Positions 40,769 to 51,438 are shown, counted from the stretch's first letter. The stretch: 64,000 nt of DNA from Patescibacteria group bacterium (GCA_013387205.1 WARV01000009.1:667-64666), one strand, 5' to 3'. Notes: a model not told the origin generated them from the letters alone. Numbers and translations are program-made.

Positions 40769-41425
40769 ATGAATAACGATGAAATAAGTTCGTTGAATAA
40801 AACCGCAAGAGTCGCGGGACTGCTGTACCTTTTGGTTGCGATATTTAGCGGCTTCGCAGCGGTTGTCCGTTCTGGTTTGGTCGTATCGGGAGATGCTGCT
40901 GCGACGGTTAGCAACATTCAATCTTCTTTAATGCTATTTCGTTTTGGTATTGTCAGTGATTTGGTAGGACAAGTGTTTCATATTTTTTTGGCTTTGGCTT
41001 TATATGAGCTGTTCAAAACAGTGAATAAAACTCAAGCTTTGCTGATGTTGGTATTAGCTTTGGTGCCGGTTCCCATTGCGATGCTTAATCAGCTTAACCA
41101 ATTTGCTGTCCTGCCGCTTTTGGGCGGCGCTAGCCAATCTCAGGTAATGTTCTTCCTCAATTTACATAACTTTGGGGTGCTTATTGCCCAAATTTTTTGG
41201 GGCCTGTGGCTGTTTCCTTTAGGCTTTCTGGTATTTAAGTCGGGTTTTGTCCCCAAAATTCTCGGGCTGTTTTTAATAATCGCTGGTTTTGGCTATGTCA
41301 TAGACAGCTTTGGTAAATTTCTTTCCCCCAGCTACTCTTTAACCATTTCCGTGTTCACATTTATTGGAGAAGTGCTGTTTCTTTTATGGCTTTTGATTAA
41401 AGGGGTTAAAGTTCCAGCGAGTTAA
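40769..41425 (+). CDS. DUF4386 membrane protein
   Basis: ARVAGLLYL...FWGLWLFPLG...WLLIKGV. Confidence 0.85.
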   Translation: MNNDEISSLNKTARVAGLLYLLVAIFSGFAAVVRSGLVVSGDAAATVSNIQSSLMLFRFGIVSDLVGQVFHIFLALALYELFKTVNKTQALLMLVLALVPVPIAMLNQLNQFAVLPLLGGASQSQVMFFLNLHNFGVLIAQIFWGLWLFPLGFLVFKSGFVPKILGLFLIIAGFGYVIDSFGKFLSPSYSLTISVFTFIGEVLFLLWLLIKGVKVPAS

Positions 41426-41556
41426 AAAATATACGGGAACTGATTGTTTGTTTGCCAATAAAAATCACCAATGAGTATTGGTGATTTTTATTGGCTCCGC
41501 TGTGTCGGGCAAGCCAGGAAATTTTGTATGCAAGAGTCGATTTATTCCGGGGTTTG

Positions 41557-42036
41557 CTATTTTACCAGAAATTTTTCGAGCTTGTCGAACTGTTGATTGT
41601 AACCCCACTGCATACCCTCGACCGCCATTTTGGCATTTGGTCCGACCTTATTGATTGTGGCTTTTAATGTCATTTTGGTTTTACCGTTATCTTTGGTCAA
41701 AACAAGTTCGACCACTTGATCTATTTCTGTCTCTTCTTCTTCCTGGCCTTCGGTCCAGGCTTTGGCTGTATATGACAGCTTCGAACCGGTCTCTATCAAC
41801 GTAAACCTGCCTTCCATCGGCCATCTCGTGCCTTTGTAAGAACCCGTCGCTTCGCCAGCTTCCATTACAATGTAAATTTTTCCGCCGACCCTGAGGTCAA
41901 CTTCGCATTCTGGAATACTGACATCGTTTGGGCCCCACCACTGTTTCAGCATTTCGGGGTCAGTCCAAGCCTGCCAAACCGACTCCGGTGAGGTGTCAAA
42001 TGTTCGCTCAAACATCACTTCTTTAATTGGTTCCAT
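41557..42036 (-). CDS. SRPBCC/AHSA1 domain protein
   Basis: ERTFD..PESVWQAWTDPE.LKQWWGP...DLRVGG. Confidence 0.9.
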   Translation of the reverse strand: MEPIKEVMFERTFDTSPESVWQAWTDPEMLKQWWGPNDVSIPECEVDLRVGGKIYIVMEAGEATGSYKGTRWPMEGRFTLIETGSKLSYTAKAWTEGQEEEETEIDQVVELVLTKDNGKTKMTLKATINKVGPNAKMAVEGMQWGYNQQFDKLEKFLVK

Positions 42037-42268
42037 ATTTTTCTCCTTCTTGCCAGCCCTGGTCCGACTCAGGCGGACGACGGGTCTGTTAATCGATTTA
42101 AAATTCTTATCTAATGACGAAAAAAGGGGCATAACCCGTCGTTAATCAAACAGTCACCTGAGTGATTTTTATTATACAATCAAAATCCACCGATGCGCAT
42201 CGGTGGATTTTGACGGCTTACTTCGTTGGCAGTATTAGAACCTGCTTCTTAGAAGTTATTGCCCCGGA

Positions 42269-42667
42269 TTATTTTTTAGAGTTATCCTTCATAGCCTTGA
42301 GGCTCGCTCGGACAAGCTTCTTTATAAGCGCCACCGGTATCTTTTTATCTGCCGGGAAGCTGACAATGGCCGTTGTTGTAGGATAGCCGGCGAGCTCTTT
42401 TTTGTGATTTTTTATCACCGGAGGCCATACATGCAAACGCATAAACGGCTCCTTAAAACTGAACCAAACGAACATGCCGTTATACGCGTAGTCTCCGGTA
42501 TAAAAATATCCAGGTATTTGGAAATAGTTGACCGTCTCAACGGCATCGGGGGCGACCTGCCGTATAGCCGCCCTTGTATCCTTTAAGGTAGCTTGGGCGT
42601 TTTTCGGACACTTGGCGATGTAGCTTTCCACGCCGCCGGGTTTAATATCAGATTTCTTTTTTGCCAT
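42269..42667 (-). CDS. DUF1801 (YdhG-like) protein
   Basis: VESYIA...R.AIR..APDA.E...Y.IP...IPVALIKKLV. Confidence 0.85.
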   Translation of the reverse strand: MAKKKSDIKPGGVESYIAKCPKNAQATLKDTRAAIRQVAPDAVETVNYFQIPGYFYTGDYAYNGMFVWFSFKEPFMRLHVWPPVIKNHKKELAGYPTTTAIVSFPADKKIPVALIKKLVRASLKAMKDNSKK

Positions 42668-42820
42668 AATTATTTTTCAAATTTCAAAGCAAAATTATAA
42701 ACAATTATTTGTTATTTGTATTATATCACGGCTTCGAACGTCTCACTTGGGTAAATAAAAATCATCCATTTTTATGAGTGGCTTTTTATTGCTCGGGAGG
42801 GGAATTTTGAATCTATAACA

Positions 42821-42847
42821 AACGGCTAAATCGGGGATTTAGCCGTT
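42821..42847. repeat. REP-like palindrome (27 bp)
   Basis: aacggctaaatcggggatttagccgtt. Confidence 0.8.
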
Positions 42848-42866
42848 GATTTGAACATATTTTAAT

Positions 42867-44618
42867 TTACCAGCCTCCTCCACCGCCGCCCCCGCCTCCA
42901 CCACCAGAGCCGCCGCCGGAAAAGCCGGAACCGGAGCCGGGTGGGGTTGAGGCCGCGGCTACTGCGCCGGTAAAGGATTTGCCGACTGTGGAAGCAAAAT
43001 CGTTCGCGCTAAAGTGGGTCAAGGAACCGTAATACCAGAGGGGTGCGTATTTGACTCCTCGGTTATCTAAGCGGGCAAAGACTTCGGCGAATTGCTGGGC
43101 CCACTGGTGCTCCACGTCCAAAGCTAAAGCATAGGGCAGTATCTTTTCAAATAGTTCGGGGGTCTTTTCCGGCGGATTGTGAAAGTTCAGCCGATCTTTT
43201 TCCGTGACAGTCAAAAACCACTTAAAGCCTTCTATCTCATCTGCCAATTTTCGGCCTTCTAAGGTATAAGCTCTCATTAACCAGGCAAAGATGATGTTTA
43301 CTGCCACCATTGCCAGAATGAAAATCGGCCAAAACATTATCGGCAGAAGAGAGTCAACGCTAAAGCGTACAAAAACGGCTGATATTATGGCTAAGGCAAC
43401 CACACCCAAAGACAGAAGAGCGCCTCCGACCACGACCAGAATATTCCTGGAAAAAAATTGCCTGCCTGCCTGCTCCTTTAAGGAGTCGGCGAATTTTTCA
43501 CGGATCTTTAAGGTCTCGGTCGCGTTTTCTTTTTCCAGTTTGTAAGAATCGGCGCCGGAGAAAAATTCATCCATCAATATCTGTTCTTCTTTCGGCAATT
43601 CAATTTGGGGTGCCTCGCTCTTTTTGGTTAAGGTGTAGGTCTTACTCCAAAACAAGCCTTTTACTTCTGTAACAGTCAGCTTGTTTCTAACTCCCAAATC
43701 GATGATGGCCGAAGCGAACGCACGGTTATCATTACCCATGCGGTTTATGAAGCGGAGCAGACCAGGCGAAAATCCGCACGGCGGCTCGTAATAGGGGATT
43801 ATGGTTCCCTTTTTGGGGTCGCGTCCGTGCTTATTCCACATATATAGATAGAAAGCCAAGACCAGCAAGAAGCCCAAAATACCGACAATGTAATCTGAGT
43901 TCGCCTTAAGTCCGGCCCAAAGGTTTTGGGCTTTAGTGGGAGGTGTAATATAGCCTTTTGGCCAGCCGACCGCTATGGTCAATCCTTCATTGGGACCAAG
44001 CGGGCGGGTGGTCTTGAATTCCGCGACGGAGTTGCCGGTTACGGTCGCCATGCCATCCTTTGCAGTTGAACCTTGTCTGCCAGTGTAAAGCGCGGTCGTA
44101 ATTTTCTCTTTGGGGATGTCGTTGGGAAGCTTGATTGTGGCTGTGGCCGAATCGATAGGGAAGACCCAGCCGTTTCCAGTGACGTTCCAATAAAGCTCGT
44201 CGTGGTCCTGGAAAAATCCCAACTGCCGGTCGGTTTTGTAAGTTAAAACATATTCCTGTTCGCCTAAGGGGACCAAGGTATCTTTTTTGCCTATGTATAT
44301 CCTCAGTCCGTTGCCTCCGCGCTCAATGTGATATTGTTCTGCCATTCCATCACGTTTGGCATCCAATAGCTCAAACCCCACTTGGTAGCGGTGACCTAAT
44401 TGGTCTTTGTAAGCGATGGGGAAATCGCGGTAAATGCCGTGGTTGATCTGCTGGTGCGCACTTATTACTTTGATGGTCTCCGTCACTATCATGGAGGAAT
44501 CTGCCTTCACTTCTATCTTACTGTCATATGAAAGGATGCGCTCTTGGGTTTGAGCGCTGGTCAGCAGGGGAAAGGTCAAAAGTATAGCACAAAGACTGAT
44601 CTTAAAGAATTTAATCAT
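42867..44618 (-). CDS. DUF2207 membrane protein
   Basis: [27 protein letters not shown], Gly-rich GGGGGW end; start set at MIKFF. Confidence 0.92.
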   Translation of the reverse strand: MIKFFKISLCAILLTFPLLTSAQTQERILSYDSKIEVKADSSMIVTETIKVISAHQQINHGIYRDFPIAYKDQLGHRYQVGFELLDAKRDGMAEQYHIERGGNGLRIYIGKKDTLVPLGEQEYVLTYKTDRQLGFFQDHDELYWNVTGNGWVFPIDSATATIKLPNDIPKEKITTALYTGRQGSTAKDGMATVTGNSVAEFKTTRPLGPNEGLTIAVGWPKGYITPPTKAQNLWAGLKANSDYIVGILGFLLVLAFYLYMWNKHGRDPKKGTIIPYYEPPCGFSPGLLRFINRMGNDNRAFASAIIDLGVRNKLTVTEVKGLFWSKTYTLTKKSEAPQIELPKEEQILMDEFFSGADSYKLEKENATETLKIREKFADSLKEQAGRQFFSRNILVVVGGALLSLGVVALAIISAVFVRFSVDSLLPIMFWPIFILAMVAVNIIFAWLMRAYTLEGRKLADEIEGFKWFLTVTEKDRLNFHNPPEKTPELFEKILPYALALDVEHQWAQQFAEVFARLDNRGVKYAPLWYYGSLTHFSANDFASTVGKSFTGAVAAASTPPGSGSGFSGGGSGGGGGGGGGGGW

Positions 44619-44682
44619 ATAAGTTGTTTTTGTCTCCGGCTTAATAAATGGAGTTACGAGACTATTAAGGTTGGGCCGCACA

Positions 44683-44838
44683 TTAAAATGACGGCAAAAG
44701 GTGCATGAAAAGCGGGAATATCATCATCCAACCGCCAAATCCCTCAAGGACGTCAAAGGCGAATATGGAAATGAAAAAAACAAAGGCCAAAGACAATATC
44801 CTCGGCAACCGGATTACGGTTTGTTTTGTGCTTGGTAT
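44683..44838 (-). pseudogene. Truncated membrane protein fragment
   Basis: ...RLPRILSLAFVFFISIFAFDV...FMHLLPSF* with no ATG. Confidence 0.45.
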
Positions 44839-44842
44839 GGAA

Positions 44843-45004
44843 TTACAGCAAAGTGCTTACGAATCTGCCGATGTAGTAAGGCCAGATTACGATGGCCAGC
44901 ACGCCCTGCCAGAACGAGAGATGTAGAAAGCCGATGGTGAAGATCCACGCGGCAAACCAGGAAAAGGCGGTAAAACTATGGTTTTCGATTTTAATTTTTT
45001 CCAT
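44843..45004 (-). CDS. 53-aa small membrane protein, absent from the ORF track
   Basis: MEKIKIENHSFTAFSWFAAWIFTIGFLHLSFWQGVLAIVIWPYYIGRFVSTLL; TATAAT just upstream. Confidence 0.75.
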   Translation of the reverse strand: MEKIKIENHSFTAFSWFAAWIFTIGFLHLSFWQGVLAIVIWPYYIGRFVSTLL

Positions 45005-45102
45005 AGTTTAATTATAACATATCTCAAAAACTCGCAGCCTGTTCGAATCCTGTTGTTGAATGCATTGAAAAACAGACTACGTAAAAGTAGTCTGTTTTTC
45101 AA

Positions 45103-45202
45103 TGGCTCAACTTAAGTCTTCAAAGTCAGAACCAAGATTCGGGAGAGCAAGGGATATATTTATATACCAGACCTAGCAATGCAGGGTTGGATTTAGTTTG
45201 TC
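45103..45202 (+). repeat. ~100-bp direct repeat, copy A (att-like site tail)
   Basis: Near-identical first ~42 nt with 48732-48831. Confidence 0.85.
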
Positions 45203-45206
45203 AAAA

Positions 45207-45617
45207 TCAAGGGTTAACCGTTATGGTACCAGTATCGCTCTCGTTTAAGTGGTTATGGAAATCCCAAACGCCAGTACGGGCAAACGTAAAAATGTAATCT
45301 TGCCCTGGCGGATAAGAACGATTAGCGTTGAATTCGGGATACGCGTTGTCGTAAGGGTGGGGGCCCGATGCAACCCATAGGCTTGCCGAACTGTCGTTCC
45401 TGAATATTATTTTTTGCCCAGTTTTAACCGTTAACTTGTTTGGCGAAAACCCCTTGTCGGTATAATCAATTGTAATGGGTCTGGAATTTATGGCTGGAAC
45501 TGAAACTGCCGCGGGTTGATTTGGCACAGCGGATTTTTTACTTTTTGCCAAAACCAAACCTGTCCCTGCAACTATCAAAATAATGATACCGACTGTCAAC
45601 GCATAGGTTTTATTCAT
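45207..45617 (-). CDS. Cupredoxin-like protein
   Basis: GFSP..LTVK.G, WVASGPHP, WDFHNHLN. Confidence 0.85.
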   Translation of the reverse strand: MNKTYALTVGIIILIVAGTGLVLAKSKKSAVPNQPAAVSVPAINSRPITIDYTDKGFSPNKLTVKTGQKIIFRNDSSASLWVASGPHPYDNAYPEFNANRSYPPGQDYIFTFARTGVWDFHNHLNESDTGTITVNP

Positions 45618-45640
45618 AATTGCTCCATGGCAGATTAAAG

Positions 45641-46495
45641 TTATTCAACCTGGACTTTTATAACGTATGGTTTTTGGATATTTGTGGCTGGCCAATAAGG
45701 GATGAAGGTGAAAGAATTGGTAGCAGTAAAACTGACAGTCTTGGAACTGCCTGTGACTATGGTTCCTGTACTTAGGTTTGGGCTCCTAAAATCCAGACCG
45801 CCATGATACGTTTCGTTGGCAGCAACATTAAATTTAATACTGACAATATCTCCTTTACTGGCAGTAATCGTCGTTAAGTTTGCCGAGTTGTCGTTGGCGT
45901 TGACGGTAAAATTCTTTTGAGCTGGGCTCGGCATGCTGGAAGCGGAGACGGATGGCGATGTTTTTACAGGCTGGGAAGTTGGAGAGGTCACCATAGCGGC
46001 TGGTTTAGCAGGTAATCGATTGGCTGATTGTGAGAAGGCGGCTGCAGAGGCCGAGGGTTGGGTAACCACAATAGTTCCGCCCTCGCTGGGATTTAGGTGG
46101 TTATGGTAGCCCCAGCTGCCCACGATATCAAATTTAAAACTCCATGCTTGATTAGGGGCGATATTAGCGCAGGAGTCAAAGGTACTGCCCACACAGCCGC
46201 CAGTGGTTGGGTAACCATTGTGAATAGGGTGGGGGTTGGAAGCCACCCGCGCATCATCTGAAGCTTTATTCTCAAATACCACGGTATCTCCCTTTTTGAT
46301 AGTTAATGTTTTCGGGGAAAATCCGTTATCAGTATACGTAACCACGTTTTGCGCATTTTGCGGGATCGCGGTTATGTTGTTGTTTCCTGCATTTCCCGAC
46401 TGGTTATTCGCGGAAGGCGTGGATTTGGAGTTGCACGCCGCGGCCAACAGCGCCACCAAGCTTAAGGGGATGATAATTTTGTATTTTATATTCAT
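45641..46495 (-). CDS. Cupredoxin-like lipoprotein
   Basis: LAAAC lipobox; VASNPHPIH, WGYHNHLNP. Confidence 0.85.
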   Translation of the reverse strand: MNIKYKIIIPLSLVALLAAACNSKSTPSANNQSGNAGNNNITAIPQNAQNVVTYTDNGFSPKTLTIKKGDTVVFENKASDDARVASNPHPIHNGYPTTGGCVGSTFDSCANIAPNQAWSFKFDIVGSWGYHNHLNPSEGGTIVVTQPSASAAAFSQSANRLPAKPAAMVTSPTSQPVKTSPSVSASSMPSPAQKNFTVNANDNSANLTTITASKGDIVSIKFNVAANETYHGGLDFRSPNLSTGTIVTGSSKTVSFTATNSFTFIPYWPATNIQKPYVIKVQVE

Positions 46496-46519
46496 GGCGT
46501 TAGGAATTATTTTTTAAAT

Positions 46520-47182
46520 TTAATATCGCGGAAACGACGGAGCAGAAGGCTGCGGAGCGGAGAAGCGTCTGCTCAAATTTAGCCGAAAGCTGAATCTGCG
46601 GCGGGGAATTATTCTGAGGAAGGACCTGTGCAATGGGGTGAAGAAACGGATAGTTGGCGGATTATAAGACGGAAGCGGGCGATTTTGGTTAGCAGGCGGT
46701 ATATACGGCGGAGGGGGGTTCTGGCCGGGCATCGGCATGTTCATTGTCGGCGGAGGGTTCGTGGGTGGCATTGGAGGATTATTTGGCGGCGGCATAATCA
46801 TTGGGGGCGGGTTAGTTTGGCTGGCAGACATGACAGTGACCGTTCCTGACATTCCAACTCCTCCTGGGCCGCCGTGAAAGCGACAATAGTAGGCAAACGT
46901 GCCAGGCGTGTTGAAGGCGAACATAAATGTCCCGCCAGGGTTGATTGTGCCACTGTCAAACATGCCGTTATCCGCAGTAACCGTGTGCATAAGGTTACTT
47001 TGGTTTGTCCACATCACCGCAGTACCTCGGCTTATGGTTATATTAGCAGGCGAAAACATCATACCCACCATAGCCACGTTCGTCTGGTTGTCAGCTCGGC
47101 CTGGATATGGAGCGATGGCCAAAACCGCCGCAAATATAATTACAGGCAAAAACAATATAGTTGTCTTAGTTCTCATATACAT
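46520..47182 (-). CDS. Plastocyanin/amicyanin-type cupredoxin with Pro/Met-rich tail
   Basis: HTVT...YYCRFH...GMSG type-1 copper ligands. Confidence 0.88.
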   Translation of the reverse strand: MYMRTKTTILFLPVIIFAAVLAIAPYPGRADNQTNVAMVGMMFSPANITISRGTAVMWTNQSNLMHTVTADNGMFDSGTINPGGTFMFAFNTPGTFAYYCRFHGGPGGVGMSGTVTVMSASQTNPPPMIMPPPNNPPMPPTNPPPTMNMPMPGQNPPPPYIPPANQNRPLPSYNPPTIRFFTPLHRSFLRIIPRRRFSFRLNLSRRFSAPQPSAPSFPRY

Positions 47183-47223
47183 TCACCTCCCTTACAAACA
47201 AGCGGTTAATTGGCAATTTACCT

Positions 47224-47387
47224 TAGAACCTATACGAAAAATCCTTCTTGGCTGCAATTGCAGAATTTCGGCCATTCGGCCAAAAAATTTTTCCGCTTAT
47301 CCTGCGGATAAGCATCAAAATTTATTTTGCCCGACTGTCTCGAAATTCTGCAATTTCGCCTAAAAACTATTTTTCTTATAGGTTCTT
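47224..47387 (+). repeat. Long-hairpin MITE-like element, copy 6
   Basis: Termini as in copy 2, middle as in copy 1. Confidence 0.85.
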
Positions 47388-47435
47388 GCATAAAAATAAA
47401 GCCGCACAAGAGGCGGCTTTATTACAAATTTTGGT

Positions 47436-48086
47436 TTAATCCGGATATTGCCTTAATTTAGAGTCAACTCCCTGTTCATACTGGGAAGTTTTACTTAGCA
47501 GCGACTGAAGCTGGGCCTGTGTGCGCTGGTCGCTAACAGAAGAAAGACGATTTTGGATAGTGCCTTTCAACGTATCCAGATAATTGCCGTAAGTTCTGTA
47601 GACAGCCAAGCATTGAGCCATGGTGTACTTGCCTGGCTCGCCTTTTAAATTGAGGGCACGGACATATCCGTCAGTTTGGGACGCTGCTTGCGATAAGTAG
47701 GTCAATTGCAGGGCGAGGTTTTGATTTTTGGTTGACTGTAAGGCGTATAGCTGTTTTTGGGAAAGTTCCAAGGCAAGTTTTGCTTTTTCAAAACGATTAG
47801 GAGCCAAGGCTATTTCCGTACGGTCCCATAATAATTGCGCTTGCGGTAAAACCAAATTTCTTTCCGTAACAGTTGCCACTACCAGCAGGCAAACCGCCAA
47901 CGCGCCAGCCGCCAGGACAGGCCGAGTTTGCAGTCGTCTGACTAATGTCCCTAGTTTTTCCTTCAGGCTTGGAGCTGGCATGGCTTGGCCAGCTTTAATG
48001 CGGCTTTCCAAAACAGCCAAAGTTTTTTGGGAAGGCTCAAGTTTCTTTAGTTGTTTCAACTTTTCAATAAGCTCGTTGTCGTTCAT
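47436..48086 (-). CDS. Putative anti-sigma factor
   Basis: Overlaps the ECF gene; N-terminal helix, one TM, extracytoplasmic domain. Confidence 0.7.
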   Translation of the reverse strand: MNDNELIEKLKQLKKLEPSQKTLAVLESRIKAGQAMPAPSLKEKLGTLVRRLQTRPVLAAGALAVCLLVVATVTERNLVLPQAQLLWDRTEIALAPNRFEKAKLALELSQKQLYALQSTKNQNLALQLTYLSQAASQTDGYVRALNLKGEPGKYTMAQCLAVYRTYGNYLDTLKGTIQNRLSSVSDQRTQAQLQSLLSKTSQYEQGVDSKLRQYPD

Positions 48087-48583
48087 AATTTTCCTTTCAA
48101 CTCCTTTAAAGCCCGATGGATTAATACCCTTACGGCATTTTCGGTTTTTTGTACTATTTCGGCTATATCGGGCACCTCGACTTCTTCGATATAGTAAAGA
48201 ATTAAGATATCCTGGTAATCTTCTCTTAATTCGTGCAATTTGGCAAATAACTGGCTAATTTGCCGTTCCTTGTCCAGTTTGTTGTCCAAATCGTCAGTCG
48301 TAAAGATTAAGCCTTCAATCTGTTCCAGCGGAACATGAGTTCTGTGATCCCTTCTGCGATAATAGTCTACAACAAGGCCGCGGGCGATAAAAAACAGAAA
48401 GGCTTTGGGATTTTTAACAACCTGCCCTTTATAAAGAGCTTTCCAGAATTTCAGAAAAGTCTCCTGGGTGATATCCAGCGCCGTTTCGTAATCCGAGACT
48501 TTAAAATATACAAATCGAAAAATCGCCTTAACGTGCGCGTGGTAAACTTCCTCAAATTTCTGGTGGGGGTTTTGGTTCTCCAT
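48083..48583 (-). CDS. ECF RNA polymerase sigma factor
   Basis: ALDITQETFLKFW, IARGLVVDYYR, IAEIVQKTENAVRVLIHRAL. Confidence 0.92.
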   Translation of the reverse strand: MENQNPHQKFEEVYHAHVKAIFRFVYFKVSDYETALDITQETFLKFWKALYKGQVVKNPKAFLFFIARGLVVDYYRRRDHRTHVPLEQIEGLIFTTDDLDNKLDKERQISQLFAKLHELREDYQDILILYYIEEVEVPDIAEIVQKTENAVRVLIHRALKELKGKL

Positions 48584-48731
48584 TTTAGAAGCCGTAAAGT
48601 TTGTATTATTATTACAAAATCAAAAACTGTTTGATTCACTTGACTATATTATAGACGTTTATAGTTCCGACGTTATCAACTCTCTACAAATCTCAAATCA
48701 GAAACCCCCCAAATTATTGAGGGGTTTATGT

Positions 48732-48831
48732 TGGCTCAACCTAAGTCTTCAAAGTCAGAACCAAGATTCGGGAATCTAAAGAGTATGTTTACATAACCGA
48801 TCTTATGATACAGGGCTAGATTTAGGTTGTT
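48732..48831 (+). repeat. ~100-bp direct repeat, copy B
   Basis: tggctcaacctaagtcttcaaagtcagaaccaagattcggga... Confidence 0.85.
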
Positions 48832-48833
48832 TA

Positions 48834-49523
48834 TTATTTTAGAAATTTTAAAGTTTTTTCAATACTGCCACTATTAGTATAGAAGTAGCTTGAGGTATCA
48901 AACCGATATACCGTGTTTTTATATTGGATTAAATATTGCTCTTCACAAATATCGCCGCAGCCTCCTGTGTTATACATCGGCTGGCCGTTTATAGTTGCAA
49001 ATACCTTTAGCTCCTCTGGCGTATTGTCTGAGGCAGCCCAGCATTGCTTAAGAGAAGTGCTGTCTGGACAACTTTGATATTGTTTATAAGCATCAAGAGT
49101 TGGAAACCGTTGGACCGTTAATACTGGTAGTCCAATAAACTGGTCTAAACTTAAATTTTGAAATGCTTGCTGATTCTGTTGATAGTATTTAGTACCTGCA
49201 GTTTTGTCTACAAAGGTTACCACGTCTCTGTGAGTGGTTTTGCCTAATTCCCAATTTGATGGTACCACAAATTCAATACCCCAACTTTGATTGGTGTATA
49301 ATTGCCCGTTACTGCTTGAAGACAATGTTCCCATGCTTTGTTGTTCTTGTGGTTGAGCTTGCTTCTGAGGAGTGCTTGTGGTGGAGGTAGTCATTTGTTG
49401 ACTAGGAACTTTTATAGTTTGGGAAGGTGGAGTTGATGGAGTATTCACAGCCTGCGGAGAAGATGAGTTGCAGCCTGCCGCCAAGAATAACACCAACGGA
49501 ATAATAAAAGATATTTTTTTCAT
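48834..49523 (-). CDS. Lipoprotein (PsbP-like)
   Basis: LAAGC lipobox; YTNQSWGIEFVVP; CGDIC. Confidence 0.8.
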   Translation of the reverse strand: MKKISFIIPLVLFLAAGCNSSSPQAVNTPSTPPSQTIKVPSQQMTTSTTSTPQKQAQPQEQQSMGTLSSSSNGQLYTNQSWGIEFVVPSNWELGKTTHRDVVTFVDKTAGTKYYQQNQQAFQNLSLDQFIGLPVLTVQRFPTLDAYKQYQSCPDSTSLKQCWAASDNTPEELKVFATINGQPMYNTGGCGDICEEQYLIQYKNTVYRFDTSSYFYTNSGSIEKTLKFLK

Positions 49524-49754
49524 AAATAATGGGTTTATTCTCTTATTACCATTATACTCTTCTTTAGTTACGACGTCATTAACTTTCTAAACATAAAATA
49601 CCAATGTTCATTGGTGTTTTTATGTTGGCTCAAAACTGCAGACGCTGTTTGAACCTGGTTTGTTGAAAAAGGCTGGATATTTATTGCGCTCAAAAAAAAG
49701 CGCCGTGTCCCCAAGGTAGTGGGGGCGTGCGCCGTAGTTGTTCTACACAACGTC

Positions 49755-50060
49755 TCACAAGCCGCGAGTCAAGCTCATTCCAGCCACAAAAGGCCGTCCG
49801 CGTGGCCGGAAGTTTTTCAGTCGCCGTTTGACATCCGCAGTGTCAATATCCGTACGTACGATGCGAGTACCAACCCGCTGCTTCTTAAAGAGGGTCAAGC
49901 CGAGAAATCGTCGCCCTTTTTGATTGAACGCTCTTTTGGCGATGATCTCAGCTTTCTGGCGAGCTTCTTCGTCATTATCAGCTTTGAACCGGATGCCACC
50001 ACAAGTGACATGCGCTATTGACCCAACTTCAGTCCATACTGGCACTACATAGTAAGGCAT
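49755..50060 (-). CDS. Hypothetical basic protein
   Basis: SD AGGAGGAGG, upstream TATAAT, downstream hairpin. Confidence 0.6.
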   Translation of the reverse strand: MPYYVVPVWTEVGSIAHVTCGGIRFKADNDEEARQKAEIIAKRAFNQKGRRFLGLTLFKKQRVGTRIVRTDIDTADVKRRLKNFRPRGRPFVAGMSLTRGL

Positions 50061-50294
50061 TCCTCCTCCTTTCTGCCTGTAGTTATAAATTATACCTATA
50101 AATCCGAAAAAGTCTAGAATAAGTTTACTACTTAAATAAAAAACACAAGCTGGTGCTAATGTTCTTTATTTGGCTCGCCATACGAGACTTGAACTACCCC
50201 GAAGGACTCTGAGCAGGCACTTGGGTCTTGGGCTATGGGAAACGTAAATTAGTCAACTTCAATATGATTGAGTTTTAAGTCCCTTGTTTTACGT

Positions 50295-51368
50295 TCAACC
50301 TAATACCTGGGCTAATTTTCTGACTCCAACATTTTCTTGAAAGGTCAACGTTCCTTGAATAAAATCTTTTATATCTTTATGTAACTGATTGAGGCTGTTA
50401 AAGTCTAACTCATACCACTCTCCGCCGATATTATATTGTTTATACTTTTTATGTAAGTATCTTTCCAGAATCCAAGCTTTATCAGTCCTATAATAATTGT
50501 AGATTTCAATCTGATTCGGGTTTCCAGTTTGTATATTACTGACGCGCTGTTTCAAATTTTGAGTCACACCGATTTTGAAATTGCTGGTTCCAAGAGAACG
50601 AACTATATAAAGCCCTAATTCATCGTTAGCTACGTCGTACACAACATTCTCAGCAAGGTTGCCTTCTTTATAAACCCGTCCGTTAAGTCTAGCCACACGA
50701 CCAAAACCATCATTCATTAAACTGAACCCCAAATCTTCCAACATCCATTCTTGGGCGTGATAAACCGGATCTTTATCATATTCTTTCAGCACATGGCAAA
50801 CTTTTTTGGCAACAGCGTCCCGGTAGTCGTAACCTTCGTAATTTTCGTGAAACCTGGCCGCTTGTGAAGAATTGGTAGCCACAATAAACCAATTCTCATC
50901 ATTGTCCTTGGTCGTAACCCAATATAGATGTTTAGGCTTTGTATACAAAGCTGCTCGCGTAATTAAATGTTTATTTACTATGTAAGAATCTTCACCTTCA
51001 AAGCTATATAGCTGATTTTTATCATCCAAATCCAGCCATTCGTAAGTATTTTTAACAATGCCGCCACGATAAATAACTCTAACACCAATCATATCTAAGA
51101 ACCTGTCGCAACAGTGGATATCTTGATATTTTAATATGGTATATTTTTTCCTAGTGGAAAACTCCCGGTCTATAGAAAAACGGAATGATTCTCCAAGTAG
51201 CTTTTGAATGCACTCTTTAATGTATGATAAATCATCCGTCTGAGCCATTTCCCATCCACGGACGTCTTTATATGGCAGTTGATACTTAAATTCTGAACGG
51301 TTTAACCTGTGGGCTAAAATCTTGCCATTAGGGTGCGTTATTAGAAATCGTAGGCCTGTGATATACAT
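50295..51368 (-). CDS. Protein with C-terminal T5orf172/MUG113-type GIY-YIG nuclease domain
   Basis: LYIV...FKIGVT.NLKQRVSNIQTGNP...LE..LH...GEWY. Confidence 0.85.
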   Translation of the reverse strand: MYITGLRFLITHPNGKILAHRLNRSEFKYQLPYKDVRGWEMAQTDDLSYIKECIQKLLGESFRFSIDREFSTRKKYTILKYQDIHCCDRFLDMIGVRVIYRGGIVKNTYEWLDLDDKNQLYSFEGEDSYIVNKHLITRAALYTKPKHLYWVTTKDNDENWFIVATNSSQAARFHENYEGYDYRDAVAKKVCHVLKEYDKDPVYHAQEWMLEDLGFSLMNDGFGRVARLNGRVYKEGNLAENVVYDVANDELGLYIVRSLGTSNFKIGVTQNLKQRVSNIQTGNPNQIEIYNYYRTDKAWILERYLHKKYKQYNIGGEWYELDFNSLNQLHKDIKDFIQGTLTFQENVGVRKLAQVLG

Positions 51369-51438
51369 ATATCTTTCAATTATTGACTAAATAAAAAAAC
51401 AAAAACCACCAAATTTTTGATTTTTAGTGGTTTTTGTT

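Noticed and set aside
45038-45056. gttcgaatcc T-loop-like motif as a tRNA
   Set aside because: No D-arm, anticodon arm or acceptor stem around it.
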